A DNA stretch of 40,167 nucleotides from a virus, in the UHGV virus genome UHGV-1350284. One strand, written 5' to 3'. Positions 1 through 9,149 of this stretch are shown in pieces (position 1 is the stretch's first letter; the number at the start of each line of letters is the position of its first letter). A program made the position numbers and the translations under genes. The notes beneath the pieces are model-generated. The model was given only the letters and a program-made list of their open reading frames with translations. It was not told the origin of the DNA and searched no databases.

Positions 1-36
1 TTTACAGCATGAAGTCATCGCAATGGCGTCCTGCTG

Positions 37-78
37 TAAAAAGGGCGGTGGTCAGAAAGGGAATAACTGCCACCGCCA
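37..78 (-). terminator. Possible intrinsic terminator downstream of tRNA-Arg. Inverted repeat GGCGGTGG/CCACCGCC followed by a T-run on the minus strand.
   Basis: The 8-bp inverted repeat at 44-51 and 71-78 has an A-run at 37-43 on the plus strand (U-run on the minus strand). The loop is long (about 19 nt), so this is weak. Confidence 0.3.
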
Positions 79-123
79 AACTTGCACTGGAACTACGGGT
101 ATCATGGTCCTGAGGCGTGATTC

Positions 124-200
124 TGGTGCGGCATGCAGGATTCGAACCTGCGACCAACCGCTTAGAAGGCGGTTGCTCTATCCGACTGAGCTAATGCCAC
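124..200 (-). tRNA. tRNA-Arg (anticodon UCU), divergent from the E. coli argU sequence, probably phage-encoded
   Basis: Reverse complement reads GTGGCAT-TA-GCTC-AGTCGGATA-GAGC-A-ACCGC-CTTCTAA-GCGGT-TGGTC-GCAGG-TTCGAAT-CCTGC-ATGCCGC-A-CCA. This is a complete 77-nt cloverleaf with one G2.U71 wobble pair, a T-loop GGTTCGAATCC, anticodon loop CU-UCU-AA and an encoded CCA. Confidence 0.9.
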
Positions 201-215
201 AACGAAGAGAGCACT

Positions 216-226
216 GATTACCACAG
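216..226 (-). promoter_or_regulatory. Putative extended -10 promoter (TGTGGTAATCA on the minus strand) about 10 nt upstream of the tRNA-Arg 5' end
   Basis: A TGGTAAT-type extended -10 element of the same family as the other phage promoters sits immediately upstream of the mature tRNA 5' end. Confidence 0.4.
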
Positions 227-515
227 TGGACCACCCGGCGAGGGAGGCGTTGCTTCCGCCAATGCTCTCATCGTTGCATCCTCGTCTCTTCCGAGGTGTC
301 ACACCGAACCGCCACGATGGTGAGTCGCTGTCGTGCATGCAGGGCATGGCTTGCACATTCCGGCTACCCGCTGGGCCATGTACCAAGGAGCCCCCGGACC
401 GCTATCGACGCATGTGCCATACGCCGGATGCTTTCACACCTGGAAGCGCACTCCGCCATCTGAGTAACGACAAAGCCACCAATGGAAGGGAATGGGGTGC
501 GCTTTCATGTTGTGT

Positions 516-534
516 TTACCAAAAAGGTAATAAT
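516..534 (+). promoter_or_regulatory. Operator palindrome TTACCAAAAAGGTAA fused to a TGGTAATAAT extended -10 element. Candidate repressor-controlled late promoter upstream of the gp6.7-like and portal genes.
   Basis: This 15-bp palindrome is identical to the OR site at 30708-30722. The right half-site continues into TAATAAT. Confidence 0.5.
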
Positions 535-583
535 TTATCGTCAAAAGGTCAATACACTACGACAAATAAATCATATGTGGTTA

Positions 584-596
584 AATTGGTAATAAT
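584..596 (+). promoter_or_regulatory. Second TTGGTAATAATTT extended -10-like element 25 nt upstream of the gp6.7-like start
   Basis: Same TGGTAATAAT element lies in an AT-rich leader. GGAG follows 7 nt before the ATG at 620. Confidence 0.4.
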
Positions 597-619
597 TTAA
601 ACGCGTATGGAGTATCGAT

Positions 620-826
620 ATGTGCATTGGCAGCAAGCCTTCAGTACCTGCAGCACCAGAAGTTCAGGCGGCTCCGCAGGAACAGGATCAGGCTGTAGTC
701 GATTCTCGCGATGAAGAAACCAGGCGTCGCCGTGCGGCCGCCGGGCGTAGTTCTACGCTGCTGACCGGGGCGCAGGGTGATACCTCCGCCGCAAATACCA
801 GCGGCAAAACGCTGCTCGGTCAGTAA
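620..826 (+). CDS. Small virion protein, T7 gp6.7-like (N-terminal MC(I/F)xxKP motif)
   Basis: 68 aa, MCIGSKPSVPAAP..., with a basic and Ser/Thr-rich C-terminus. It sits immediately upstream of the portal gene, as in T7. Confidence 0.45.
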   Translation: MCIGSKPSVPAAPEVQAAPQEQDQAVVDSRDEETRRRRAAAGRSSTLLTGAQGDTSAANTSGKTLLGQ

Positions 827-840
827 CTGGAGCGCGGAAG

Positions 841-2523
841 ATGACAGCGGAAACCCTGAAAGAGCAACTGCAAAAGCAGCAGGCACAGCTCACTAATGAT
901 CGCTCATCGTTCGATCCGCACTGGCGCGAACTGAGCGACTTCATCAATCCGCGTGGCTCCCGCTTCCTGGTCACCGATGTAAACCGGGATGACCGCCGCA
1001 ATACGAAAATTGTTGACCCTACCGCCACCCTGGCAGCACGCACGCTATCGAGCGGCATGATGTCGGGGATCACTTCTCCTGCGCGCCCGTGGTTCAAGCT
1101 GGCAACGCCTGACCCTGACATGATGGACTACGGCCCAGTGAAGCTGTGGCTTGAAGTCGTTCAGCGCCGCATGAACGAAGTGTTCAACAAATCCAATATC
1201 TACCAGTCACTGCCTCTGCTTTACGCCAGCCTGGGGAATTACAGCACCGGCGCTATGGCTGTTCTGGAAGATGACAGCGACGTTATCCGCACGATGATGT
1301 TCCCGATCGGCAGTTACTACATGGCGAACTCTGCGCGCGGCAGCGTTGACACCTGTTTCCGCAAATTCTCAATGACGGTGCGCCAGCTGGTAATGGAGTT
1401 TGGCCTCAATAACGTCAGCGATTCAGTGAAGGGCATGTGGGATTCCGGGAACTACGAAAGCTGGATCGAAGTTATTCATGCCGTTTATCCGAACATCGAC
1501 CGCGATACCGCCAAGCTCAACAGCAAAAATAAGCCGGTCAAATCGGTTTATTACGAGGTTGGAGGCGACAGCGATAAGTTGCTGCGTGAGTCTGGTTTCG
1601 ATGAATTCCCGATTATGGCGCCGCGCTGGGAAGTGAACGGCGAGGACGTATACGGCTCATCCTGCCCGGGCATGATCGCTCTTGGTCAGGTTAAGGCTCT
1701 GCAGCTTGAGCAAAAGCGCAAAAGCCAGCTGATCGACAAGGCCACCAACCCGCCGATGGTTGGCCCGTCATCACTCCGCAACCAGCGCGTTTCCCTTTTG
1801 CCTGGCGATATTACCTATATCGATCAGGTCACCGGCCAGGAAGGATTTAAGCCCGCCTATCTGGTTAACCCGAATACCGCCGACCTGCTCGCCGATATCC
1901 AGGATACCCGGCAGATCATCAACAGCGCCTACTTTGTCGACCTCTTCATGATGTTGCAGAACATCAATACCCGCTCGATGCCGGTTGAAGCAGTGATCGA
2001 GATGAAAGAAGAGAAGCTGTTGATGCTGGGCCCGGTGCTGGAACGTCTGAACGACGAATGCCTGAACCCGCTTATCGATCGCACCTTCTCCATCATGGCG
2101 AGAAAAAACCTTCTCCCGCCACCGCCGGACGTCCTGCAGGGTATGCCGCTGCGCATTGAGTACATCTCAGTGATGGCGCAGGCGCAGAAATCTATAGGCC
2201 TTTCCAGCCTGTCATCCACCGTTGGCTTCATTGGCCAGCTGGCACAGGCCAAGCCGGAAGCGCTGGACAAACTCAACGTGGATCAGGCCATCGATGCATT
2301 CGCGGAGATGTCCGGTGTCTCGCCGACAGTCATCGTTCCACAGGAACAGGTTGAGCAGGTTCGCGAGCAGCGCGCTCAGCAGCAGCAACAGCAGCAAATG
2401 GTGGCTATGGGCATGGCTGCCGCTCAGGGTGCCAAGACCCTCAGCGAAGCGCAGACGGCGGATCCCAGCGTACTGACAGCGCTTTCTAACGCAGCAGGTG
2501 CTCCTGCAGGTGGTCAGCAATGA
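841..2523 (+). CDS. Portal (head-to-tail connector) protein, T7 gp8-like
   Basis: 560 aa. The C-terminal poly-Q and Ala/Met-rich tail (QQQQQQQMVAMGMAAAQGA...) resembles the T7 gp8 C-terminus. It is first in the structural operon. Confidence 0.85.
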   Translation: MTAETLKEQLQKQQAQLTNDRSSFDPHWRELSDFINPRGSRFLVTDVNRDDRRNTKIVDPTATLAARTLSSGMMSGITSPARPWFKLATPDPDMMDYGPVKLWLEVVQRRMNEVFNKSNIYQSLPLLYASLGNYSTGAMAVLEDDSDVIRTMMFPIGSYYMANSARGSVDTCFRKFSMTVRQLVMEFGLNNVSDSVKGMWDSGNYESWIEVIHAVYPNIDRDTAKLNSKNKPVKSVYYEVGGDSDKLLRESGFDEFPIMAPRWEVNGEDVYGSSCPGMIALGQVKALQLEQKRKSQLIDKATNPPMVGPSSLRNQRVSLLPGDITYIDQVTGQEGFKPAYLVNPNTADLLADIQDTRQIINSAYFVDLFMMLQNINTRSMPVEAVIEMKEEKLLMLGPVLERLNDECLNPLIDRTFSIMARKNLLPPPPDVLQGMPLRIEYISVMAQAQKSIGLSSLSSTVGFIGQLAQAKPEALDKLNVDQAIDAFAEMSGVSPTVIVPQEQVEQVREQRAQQQQQQQMVAMGMAAAQGAKTLSEAQTADPSVLTALSNAAGAPAGGQQ

Positions 2524-2819
2524 CAGATTTTGATGATGACCAGTTGGCTGCTGAATCGGCACGCGAGAAGGAAATCCTTCAACAGCGTGACATTGAAGAT
2601 ATCCGTTTCGTCATGGGGAGCGAGCAGGGCCGCCGGGTGATCTGGGGGGTACTGGAGCAGGGCAAGGTGTTTTCTGCCTGCTTTGCCGGTGATCCGCAAG
2701 TGACTGCTTTCAACGAGGGGCAGCGCAACCTGGCGCTGGCATTGTTCCAGCGCGTCATGGCGCACTGCCCTGAACAGTATCTGAAGATGGCCGCAGAGGC
2801 TAATGGGGTAATCAAATGA
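2520..2819 (+). CDS. Hypothetical virion-module protein (99 aa)
   Basis: ATGA start/stop overlap with the portal gene. Acidic N-terminus. Confidence 0.55.
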   Translation: MTDFDDDQLAAESAREKEILQQRDIEDIRFVMGSEQGRRVIWGVLEQGKVFSACFAGDPQVTAFNEGQRNLALALFQRVMAHCPEQYLKMAAEANGVIK

Positions 2820-3139
2820 CTCAGATCCAAAAACAGCGCGTAGTCCGATTCGATGGCAATAAGCAGATCGTTGAAGCTCCCGATCCGGCGCCGGCAGTAA
2901 TTGGCGCTCCGACCACGACAGATTACGGCGGTGTGAAGCTTGGCGCGGCGATTGCGGCTCCGGCTGCAATGACGGCAACCGCTGACACCAACTCTTCAGC
3001 ATCAGACGTTGCTGGTCTTGTCACTGACCACAATGACCTGGTCGCCAAATACAACGCGCTGCTGACAGATACCACTGCACTGCGCACCACTCTTGCCGCA
3101 GTTCTGGCGCAACTCAAAGCCAAAACGATCCCGGTTTAA
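2816..3139 (+). CDS. Hypothetical virion-module protein (107 aa), Ala/Thr-rich
   Basis: ATGA overlap with the upstream ORF. Confidence 0.55.
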   Translation: MTQIQKQRVVRFDGNKQIVEAPDPAPAVIGAPTTTDYGGVKLGAAIAAPAAMTATADTNSSASDVAGLVTDHNDLVAKYNALLTDTTALRTTLAAVLAQLKAKTIPV

Positions 3140-3150
3140 GGAGATAACCA

Positions 3151-3849
3151 ATGAACTTATTTGATCGCCTGCTGTATCGCCGACTTTGCAATGAGCAGCC
3201 TGCCGACGGTGGCGCCGCTCCGGCAGCGGCATCCGAACCTGCTCCGGCGGGCGGCGATAACCCTGCTGGTAACCCTGCATCGCCAGAAGCTGCTTCTGAC
3301 GCTCCAGAAAATGGCGCTGATCCGAAAAAGACGGACGAAGGCAAGGATCCTGATGATGGCAAGCAGGAAGGAAAGAAAGATGACGGCAAGCCTGATGGTG
3401 CGCCAGAGAAGTATGAATTTACGGCCGCCGAGGGTGTCGACCTGGATGCTGAAGCGCTGAAAGATTTCGAGCCGGTAGCGCGCGAGCTGAACCTGACCAA
3501 TGAGCAGGCGCAGAAGCTGGTGGATGCATACCCGAAAATTCTGGCTGGTGTGCAGCAGCGTCAGGCAGAAGCATGGCAGGCGCAAACTGAAGAGTGGGCA
3601 GCAACTGTGAAGGCCGATAAAGAAATCGGCGGCGATAAGTTGACAGCCAACCTCGGCGTTGCTCAGCGAGCCCTGGACACCTTCGGCACTCCGGCTCTGA
3701 AAGAGTATTTGAACGGCACAGGGCTGGGTAATCACCCGGAGCTGGTGAAGGCGTTCGTCAAAGTAGGAAAAGCCATGTCAGAAGATGGCGTGGTGACAGG
3801 AAAAGAAAGCGGTCAGCGTAGTGCGGCCGAAGTGCTTTATGGCAAATAA
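3151..3849 (+). CDS. Putative scaffolding protein (acidic, low-complexity N-terminal half)
   Basis: 232 aa. RBS AAGGAGAT. It lies between the portal and major capsid genes. The composition is highly acidic, D/E/K/P/A-rich. Confidence 0.6.
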   Translation: MNLFDRLLYRRLCNEQPADGGAAPAAASEPAPAGGDNPAGNPASPEAASDAPENGADPKKTDEGKDPDDGKQEGKKDDGKPDGAPEKYEFTAAEGVDLDAEALKDFEPVARELNLTNEQAQKLVDAYPKILAGVQQRQAEAWQAQTEEWAATVKADKEIGGDKLTANLGVAQRALDTFGTPALKEYLNGTGLGNHPELVKAFVKVGKAMSEDGVVTGKESGQRSAAEVLYGK

Positions 3850-3863
3850 GAGAGGATATAACC

Positions 3864-4850
3864 ATGGCTGTTAAAGGCATTACTGCGCTGACGCTGGCAG
3901 ACTGGGGTAAGCGCATCGACCCGAACGGGAAAGTCGATAAAATTATCGAGCTCCTTTCCCAAACCAACCCGATCCTGCAGGACATGCTGATCGTTGAAGG
4001 CAACCTGCCGACCGGTCATCGTACGACCATTCGCTCCGGCCTGCCGTCGGCGACCTGGCGTCTGCTCAACTACGGCGTACAGCCGAGCAAATCGACCACT
4101 GTGCAGGTTACCGATGGCATTGGCATGCTGGAAACCTATGCGGAGATTGATAAATCTCTGGCAGATCTGAACGGAAATACCGCTGAATTCCGACTTTCAG
4201 AAGATCGCGCATTTATTGAAGCGATGAATCAGCAGATGGCTCAAACGCTTTTTTATGGCGACACCAGCGTTAACCCGCAGCAGTTCATGGGCCTGTCCTC
4301 TCGTTACTCCGACCTGACGGCTACCAACGCGAAAAACATTATCGACGCCGGCGGTACCGGCACCGATAACACGTCAATCTGGCTTATTGTATGGGGCGAA
4401 AACACCGTTCACGGTATCTTCCCGAAAGGCCAGAAAGCAGGTCTGCAGATGGAAGATAAAGGCCAGCAGACTCTGAAAGATGCCAACGGCGGCCAGTATG
4501 AAGGCTACCGCACCCACTATAAGTGGGATAACGGCCTGTGCCTGCGCGACTGGCGCTACGTTGTGCGCATCGCGAACATCGATATCAGCGACCTGTCCGA
4601 CCCTGCTGCGGCGGCGAACATCGCCAAGCTCATGGTGAAAGCGCTGCATCGCATCCCTAACCGTGGCATGGGGCGCCCGGTGTTCTACATGAACCGCACC
4701 GTTGCCCAGGCCCTTGACCTGCAATCTCTGGAGAAATCCTCTCTGGCGATTAGCGTCAAAGAGACTGAAGGCGAATGGTGGACCAGCTTCCGTGGCGTTC
4801 CGATTCGCGAAACCGATGCGCTTCTGGAAACTGAAGCTCGCGTGGTTTAA
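3864..4850 (+). CDS. Major capsid protein
   Basis: 328 aa in the capsid position. RBS GAGGA. A stable stem-loop follows. Confidence 0.8.
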   Translation: MAVKGITALTLADWGKRIDPNGKVDKIIELLSQTNPILQDMLIVEGNLPTGHRTTIRSGLPSATWRLLNYGVQPSKSTTVQVTDGIGMLETYAEIDKSLADLNGNTAEFRLSEDRAFIEAMNQQMAQTLFYGDTSVNPQQFMGLSSRYSDLTATNAKNIIDAGGTGTDNTSIWLIVWGENTVHGIFPKGQKAGLQMEDKGQQTLKDANGGQYEGYRTHYKWDNGLCLRDWRYVVRIANIDISDLSDPAAAANIAKLMVKALHRIPNRGMGRPVFYMNRTVAQALDLQSLEKSSLAISVKETEGEWWTSFRGVPIRETDALLETEARVV

Positions 4851-4865
4851 CCCCTGACTATAACC

Positions 4866-4885
4866 AGCGGCCCGGTAACGGGCTG
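4866..4885 (+). promoter_or_regulatory. 8-bp stem-loop with GNRA loop (GCGGCCCG-GTAA-CGGGCTGC) immediately after the capsid gene. Possible mRNA stabiliser, attenuator or RNase III site.
   Basis: Perfect stem with one G.U pair. No U-tract follows. Confidence 0.35.
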
Positions 4886-4897
4886 CTAAATGGAGAA

Positions 4898-5341
4898 ATG
4901 AAGATGATCCTCGACAAACTGTTGATGTTCTCCGAAGCGCAGGCGGTTACGGCTACTGCTGCTTCTACTGATGTGATTGACCTGGCGCCTGTCGACGGCA
5001 CCCGCCGTGATATCGGCGTTGGTTATCCGCTGGAATTCTGGGCTCTCGTTAACACCACGGCTACCGCTTCTGGCGCCGCTACCGTCAACGTGCAGTTGCA
5101 GACCAGCCCAGACAACAGCACCTGGACGACCATTTATGACAGCGGTTCCCTGGCTCTGGCAGCGCTTAAAGCTGGTAAGCGCGTTGTGTCGGCGAAGGTG
5201 CCGGCGGGCGTTCAGCGCTATCTGCGTGTGAACTACTCCGTAGCCACCGGCCCGCTGACTGCTGGCGCGTTCACATCCGGTATCAATCTGGACGTTGATG
5301 CGAATACCCCGTACCCGACCCGCTCTAAAGTGACCGGCTAA
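4898..5341 (+). CDS. Putative head decoration or minor capsid protein (147 aa, beta-rich, Thr/Ala/Ser-rich)
   Basis: Position right after the capsid gene. Alternative start at 4904. Confidence 0.5.
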   Translation: MKMILDKLLMFSEAQAVTATAASTDVIDLAPVDGTRRDIGVGYPLEFWALVNTTATASGAATVNVQLQTSPDNSTWTTIYDSGSLALAALKAGKRVVSAKVPAGVQRYLRVNYSVATGPLTAGAFTSGINLDVDANTPYPTRSKVTG

Positions 5342-5351
5342 GGAGATATCG

Positions 5352-5693
5352 ATGTCAGCTGAAAAAGCAAAATACCGCGTGCTGCGTCTGTCCCATATCC
5401 ATAACAACCTCTGGCCGGAGGGTTCAGAGATTGAGTATGACGGGGTGCCTGGCTCCGCGCTGGAGCCGCTGAACGAAGCGGCAAAGGAAGCAAAGGCGAA
5501 GGCAACGCAAAAGGTTGTGGCTCCCGCCGTCGTTAAACCTGAGACGCTGAACGAAGGCGGTGGTGGCGATGACGAGCTGGATAAGCTCCGCGAAGAGTAC
5601 GAGCTGCTCTTTAACGAGAAGCCTCATCACAACACCAAAGCCGAAACGCTGCGCGAGAAGATCGCCGAAAAGCGAAAAGATTTAGGCGTCTGA
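5352..5693 (+). CDS. Hypothetical virion protein (113 aa)
   Basis: RBS AAGGAGAT. A terminator follows. Confidence 0.6.
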   Translation: MSAEKAKYRVLRLSHIHNNLWPEGSEIEYDGVPGSALEPLNEAAKEAKAKATQKVVAPAVVKPETLNEGGGGDDELDKLREEYELLFNEKPHHNTKAETLREKIAEKRKDLGV

Positions 5694-5710
5694 GCCTCAG
5701 AATAAACCAG

Positions 5711-5730
5711 GGGGCTTCGGCCCCTTTCTT
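5711..5730 (+). terminator. Rho-independent terminator GGGGC-TTCG-GCCCC followed by TTTCTT
   Basis: GC stem with a UUCG tetraloop and a T-tract. Confidence 0.6.
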
Positions 5731-5743
5731 GTAGGAGCGTTCT

Positions 5744-6067
5744 ATGGAAATGGTCAATCTCAAAACCGGCACCGACAGCTACCAGGATGAAAGCGGCGAG
5801 ACCAAAACCCGTGACGAATATCCGTGGGGGCTGTGCATCACGCTGAACAATGACACCCTGAATAAGCTGAAAGCGCAGCCGCAGAATGTAGGCACTGAGG
5901 TGATGATCACCGCAAAAGCAGTGATTAAGGGTATCTCGGCGCGTGAAGGCGACGATGGCACTTTCCGCAGCGCGGATCTGCAAATCACCGATATGGCGCT
6001 GTCGCCTGTTTCAGGTGAGGCGCCGAAGACGGCGGCGCAGACGCTTTACGGTGAAGGGGGAGAGTAA
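5744..6067 (+). CDS. Hypothetical virion protein (107 aa)
   Basis: RBS AGGAG. It precedes the tail tubular genes. Confidence 0.55.
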   Translation: MEMVNLKTGTDSYQDESGETKTRDEYPWGLCITLNNDTLNKLKAQPQNVGTEVMITAKAVIKGISAREGDDGTFRSADLQITDMALSPVSGEAPKTAAQTLYGEGGE

Positions 6068-6672
6068 TGGCCTCTGTCATTGAGATCTGCAACCTGGCGC
6101 TGAGCAACATCGGTAATAACCGGAGCATCAACAGTCTGGAAGAAGCCAGCAAAGAAGCCGGGCAATGCTCCCTGTATTACGAGTCGATTCGTGATGCTGT
6201 CCTGGCCGATTTTGACTGGAATTTTGCGACCAAGACTATCGCGCTGGCTGACACCAACAACCCGCCGCAGGACTGGGCATTCGCATACACCTATCCGACT
6301 GACTGCCTGAAGATTATTGAAATTCCGGTTCCCGGTGTTCGGTATCCAACGGCTGCTATGCGCGTGCAGTACGTGGTCGGCGCAGACAGCGCCGGCACGG
6401 GGCGCCTGATTTACACCGATCTGCCGCAGGCCTGGCTGCGGTATGTGGCCCGCATTACCGACGTGAACATGTTCGATCCCATCTTCCAGGAAGCTCTATC
6501 CTGGCGCCTGGCCGCGGCTATTAACATGGTTCTCACGGGTAATGCCGACCTCGGCAATAATGCCCTGAGCATGTATAGCCGGATCATCCTCAGCGCTGGC
6601 TCTCACAGCATGAACGAATCGCAGGAACCGCAAATGCCTGACGATCCGTTTACCGTAGCGAGGATGTGCTGA
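6067..6672 (+). CDS. Tail tubular protein A (T7 gp11-like)
   Basis: 201 aa. Size and position match T7 gp11 (196 aa). TGATG overlap with the next gene. Confidence 0.7.
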   Translation: MASVIEICNLALSNIGNNRSINSLEEASKEAGQCSLYYESIRDAVLADFDWNFATKTIALADTNNPPQDWAFAYTYPTDCLKIIEIPVPGVRYPTAAMRVQYVVGADSAGTGRLIYTDLPQAWLRYVARITDVNMFDPIFQEALSWRLAAAINMVLTGNADLGNNALSMYSRIILSAGSHSMNESQEPQMPDDPFTVARMC

Positions 6673-9149
6673 TGGCTGTTAGCTGGATACAACCGAGCTT
6701 CTCAGGTGGCGAAATTGCCCCATCGCTCTATGGCCGCATCGATATGGCGAAGTACCAGGTGGCGCTGCGCAAGTGCGATAACTTTATCGTGCGCCAGTAT
6801 GGCGGGGTAGAGAACCGCCCGGGAACGCAATTCATCGCCGCGGCGAAATACCCGGAACGCAAATGCCGCCTTATCCCTTTCCAGTTTTCGACGGTGCAGA
6901 CCTATGCGCTGGAGTTTGGCCACAATTACATGCGCGTCATCAAAGACGGCGGCCTGGTGCTGACCACCGGCAATGTAATCTACGAGCTGGCGACACCTTA
7001 TACAGAAAATGATGTTTTCGGCCTGAAATTCACCCAAAGCGCCGACGTAATGACGATCGTGCACCCGTCCTATCCGCCTAAAGAATTGCGCCGGTATGCG
7101 CATGACAACTGGCAGATCGTCGATGTGCAGACAACTAACGGCCCGTTTGAGGATATCAACGTCGACGAGTCAAAAACTGTCTGGGCCAGCGCCCCCACCG
7201 GCACAATCACGCTTACCTCGAGCTCTGCAATATTCGGTGCCGAGCAGGTCGGAAAGCTGTTCTACCTCGAGCAGCCAGCCGTTGACTCAGTGCCGGTATG
7301 GGAAACCAGTAAGACTACCGCAATTGATGATATCCGGCGCGCTGACAGTAATTACTACCGGGCGAACACAGCAGGTAAAACCGGCACGCTGCGGCCATCG
7401 CATACCGAAGGGATGGCCTGGGATGGATGGGGCGGAACTGGATCCGATGATACTGGTGTGCAGTGGGAATATCTGCACAGTGGGTTTGGTATCGCGCGGA
7501 TCACTGCCGTCGCCGGTGACGGGCTGACTGCAACCGCTGATGTGGTTTCTCGTATCCCTGAGAACGTTGTCGGGGCTGACAAGGCCAGCTACAAGTGGGC
7601 GCGCTATGCGTGGAACAGCGTCAATGGTTATCCGGCGACAGTCGTCTACTACCAGCAGAGGCTGTACTTCGCTGCGTCTCCTGCGTATCCGCAAACCATC
7701 TGGGCCAGCCGTACCGGTGACTATAAAGACTTCGGCAAGAGCAACCCGACGCAGGACGATGACAGGATCGTTTATACATACGCTGGCCGGCAGGTTAACG
7801 AAATTCGCCACCTTATCGATGTCGGATCGCTGGTTGTTCTGACCTCCGGCGGTGAGTTTGTTGTGACCGGTGACCAGAATAAAGTGCTTACGCCTTCTGC
7901 ATTCTCCCTGAGTTCTCAGGGCTCAAACGGCTGCAGCGATGTACCTCCTATCGCGGTTTCGAATATCGCGCTCTTTATCCAGGAGAAGGGTAGCGTTGTG
8001 CGGGATCTGGCCTACTCGTTTGATGTGGACGGTTTTCAGGGCAACGACCTGACGATTCTCGCTAATCACCTTTTCCAGAAGCGCAGCATTGTCGACTGGG
8101 CGTTTTGTATTGTCCCGTTCTCCAGCGCATTCTGCGTGCGTGACGATGGGAAATTGCTGGTGCTGACCTATCTGCGTGATCAACAGGTATTCGCCTGGTC
8201 TCCGCAATCCAGTGCCGGGAAATATGAGAGCACTTGCGGTATCAGTGAAGGCAGCGAAGACGCGATCTATTTCGTGGTTAACCGCACCATCAACGGCCAG
8301 ACGAAACGCTATATCGAGAGGCTGGCAAGCCGCCAGTTCACCGATGACCTTGACGCTTTCTTTGTCGACAGCGGACTGACCTATGACGGACGCAATACCG
8401 GCAGCCGGGCGGCGACTATCGGCGGTGGAAGCGGGGACTGGAGTTATCAGGTGCCGTATACCCTGACGATGAGCGGGGCCAGCTATTTTACCGCGGGAGA
8501 CGTCGGCGCACAGATCCAGTTCCCCTACACAGGAACCGATCCTGAAGATGGTAGCGCCGTCGCCATGCAACTGCGCTGCGACATTATTTCTGTTGAAAGC
8601 GGCAACTCGGTAACCGTCACAGCTAACAGAAATATTCCTCCTGTCCTGCGTAATGCCGCCACCACTAACTGGTATATGGCCCGCCAGACATTCGCCGGAC
8701 TCGATCACCTTGAAGGACAGACCGTCAATGTACTGTCCGACGCCAGTGTAGAGCCGCAGAAAGTCGTCACCGGCGGCGCCGTTACGCTGGAGAAACCCGG
8801 CGCAGTGGTCCACATCGGCCTGCCGATTAACGCCCAGTTTGAAACCCTGGACATCAATATTAACGGTCAGGAGACGCTGCTCGATAAGAAACAGTTGATC
8901 AATACCGTGACGCTGGTGGTCAACGCCAGCCGCGGCATCTGGGCATCAACTCCAGGTGGCCAGTGGTACGAATACCCCCAGCGCGAGTTTGAGTTTTACG
9001 ACGATCCAGTTGATGACGCCACAGGCAAAGTAGAGGTCAAGCTCGACAGCAACTGGGATAAAAATGGGCGGGTAAAAATCCGTCAGACTGATCCGCTGCC
9101 GCTTTCTGTGCTGGCGGTGATCCCCCGCATTACCGTGGGAGGCTTTTAA
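6672..9149 (+). CDS. Tail tubular protein B (T7 gp12-like)
   Basis: About 825 aa. The N-terminal SFSGGEIAP motif resembles NLKGGISQQP of T7 gp12. Confidence 0.75.
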   Translation: MAVSWIQPSFSGGEIAPSLYGRIDMAKYQVALRKCDNFIVRQYGGVENRPGTQFIAAAKYPERKCRLIPFQFSTVQTYALEFGHNYMRVIKDGGLVLTTGNVIYELATPYTENDVFGLKFTQSADVMTIVHPSYPPKELRRYAHDNWQIVDVQTTNGPFEDINVDESKTVWASAPTGTITLTSSSAIFGAEQVGKLFYLEQPAVDSVPVWETSKTTAIDDIRRADSNYYRANTAGKTGTLRPSHTEGMAWDGWGGTGSDDTGVQWEYLHSGFGIARITAVAGDGLTATADVVSRIPENVVGADKASYKWARYAWNSVNGYPATVVYYQQRLYFAASPAYPQTIWASRTGDYKDFGKSNPTQDDDRIVYTYAGRQVNEIRHLIDVGSLVVLTSGGEFVVTGDQNKVLTPSAFSLSSQGSNGCSDVPPIAVSNIALFIQEKGSVVRDLAYSFDVDGFQGNDLTILANHLFQKRSIVDWAFCIVPFSSAFCVRDDGKLLVLTYLRDQQVFAWSPQSSAGKYESTCGISEGSEDAIYFVVNRTINGQTKRYIERLASRQFTDDLDAFFVDSGLTYDGRNTGSRAATIGGGSGDWSYQVPYTLTMSGASYFTAGDVGAQIQFPYTGTDPEDGSAVAMQLRCDIISVESGNSVTVTANRNIPPVLRNAATTNWYMARQTFAGLDHLEGQTVNVLSDASVEPQKVVTGGAVTLEKPGAVVHIGLPINAQFETLDININGQETLLDKKQLINTVTLVVNASRGIWASTPGGQWYEYPQREFEFYDDPVDDATGKVEVKLDSNWDKNGRVKIRQTDPLPLSVLAVIPRITVGGF

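Noticed and set aside
124-200. tRNA-Arg as the prophage integration site (attL/attR)
   Set aside because: The tRNA 3' end points away from the phage genes and the tRNA is full length. An intact attP lies next to int at 23408-23724. The tRNA is more likely phage cargo.
226-600. 124-aa plus-strand ORF (and the 162-386 minus ORF) in the GC-rich region after the tRNA
   Set aside because: No RBS, implausible composition, and it overlaps the tRNA promoter. Probably noncoding.
3157-3735. 192-aa antisense ORF inside the scaffolding gene
   Set aside because: Antisense to a low-complexity acidic gene. Typical compositional artefact.
7923-8813. 296-aa minus-strand ORF inside the tail tubular B gene
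   Set aside because: Antisense shadow ORF in high-GC coding sequence. No start context.
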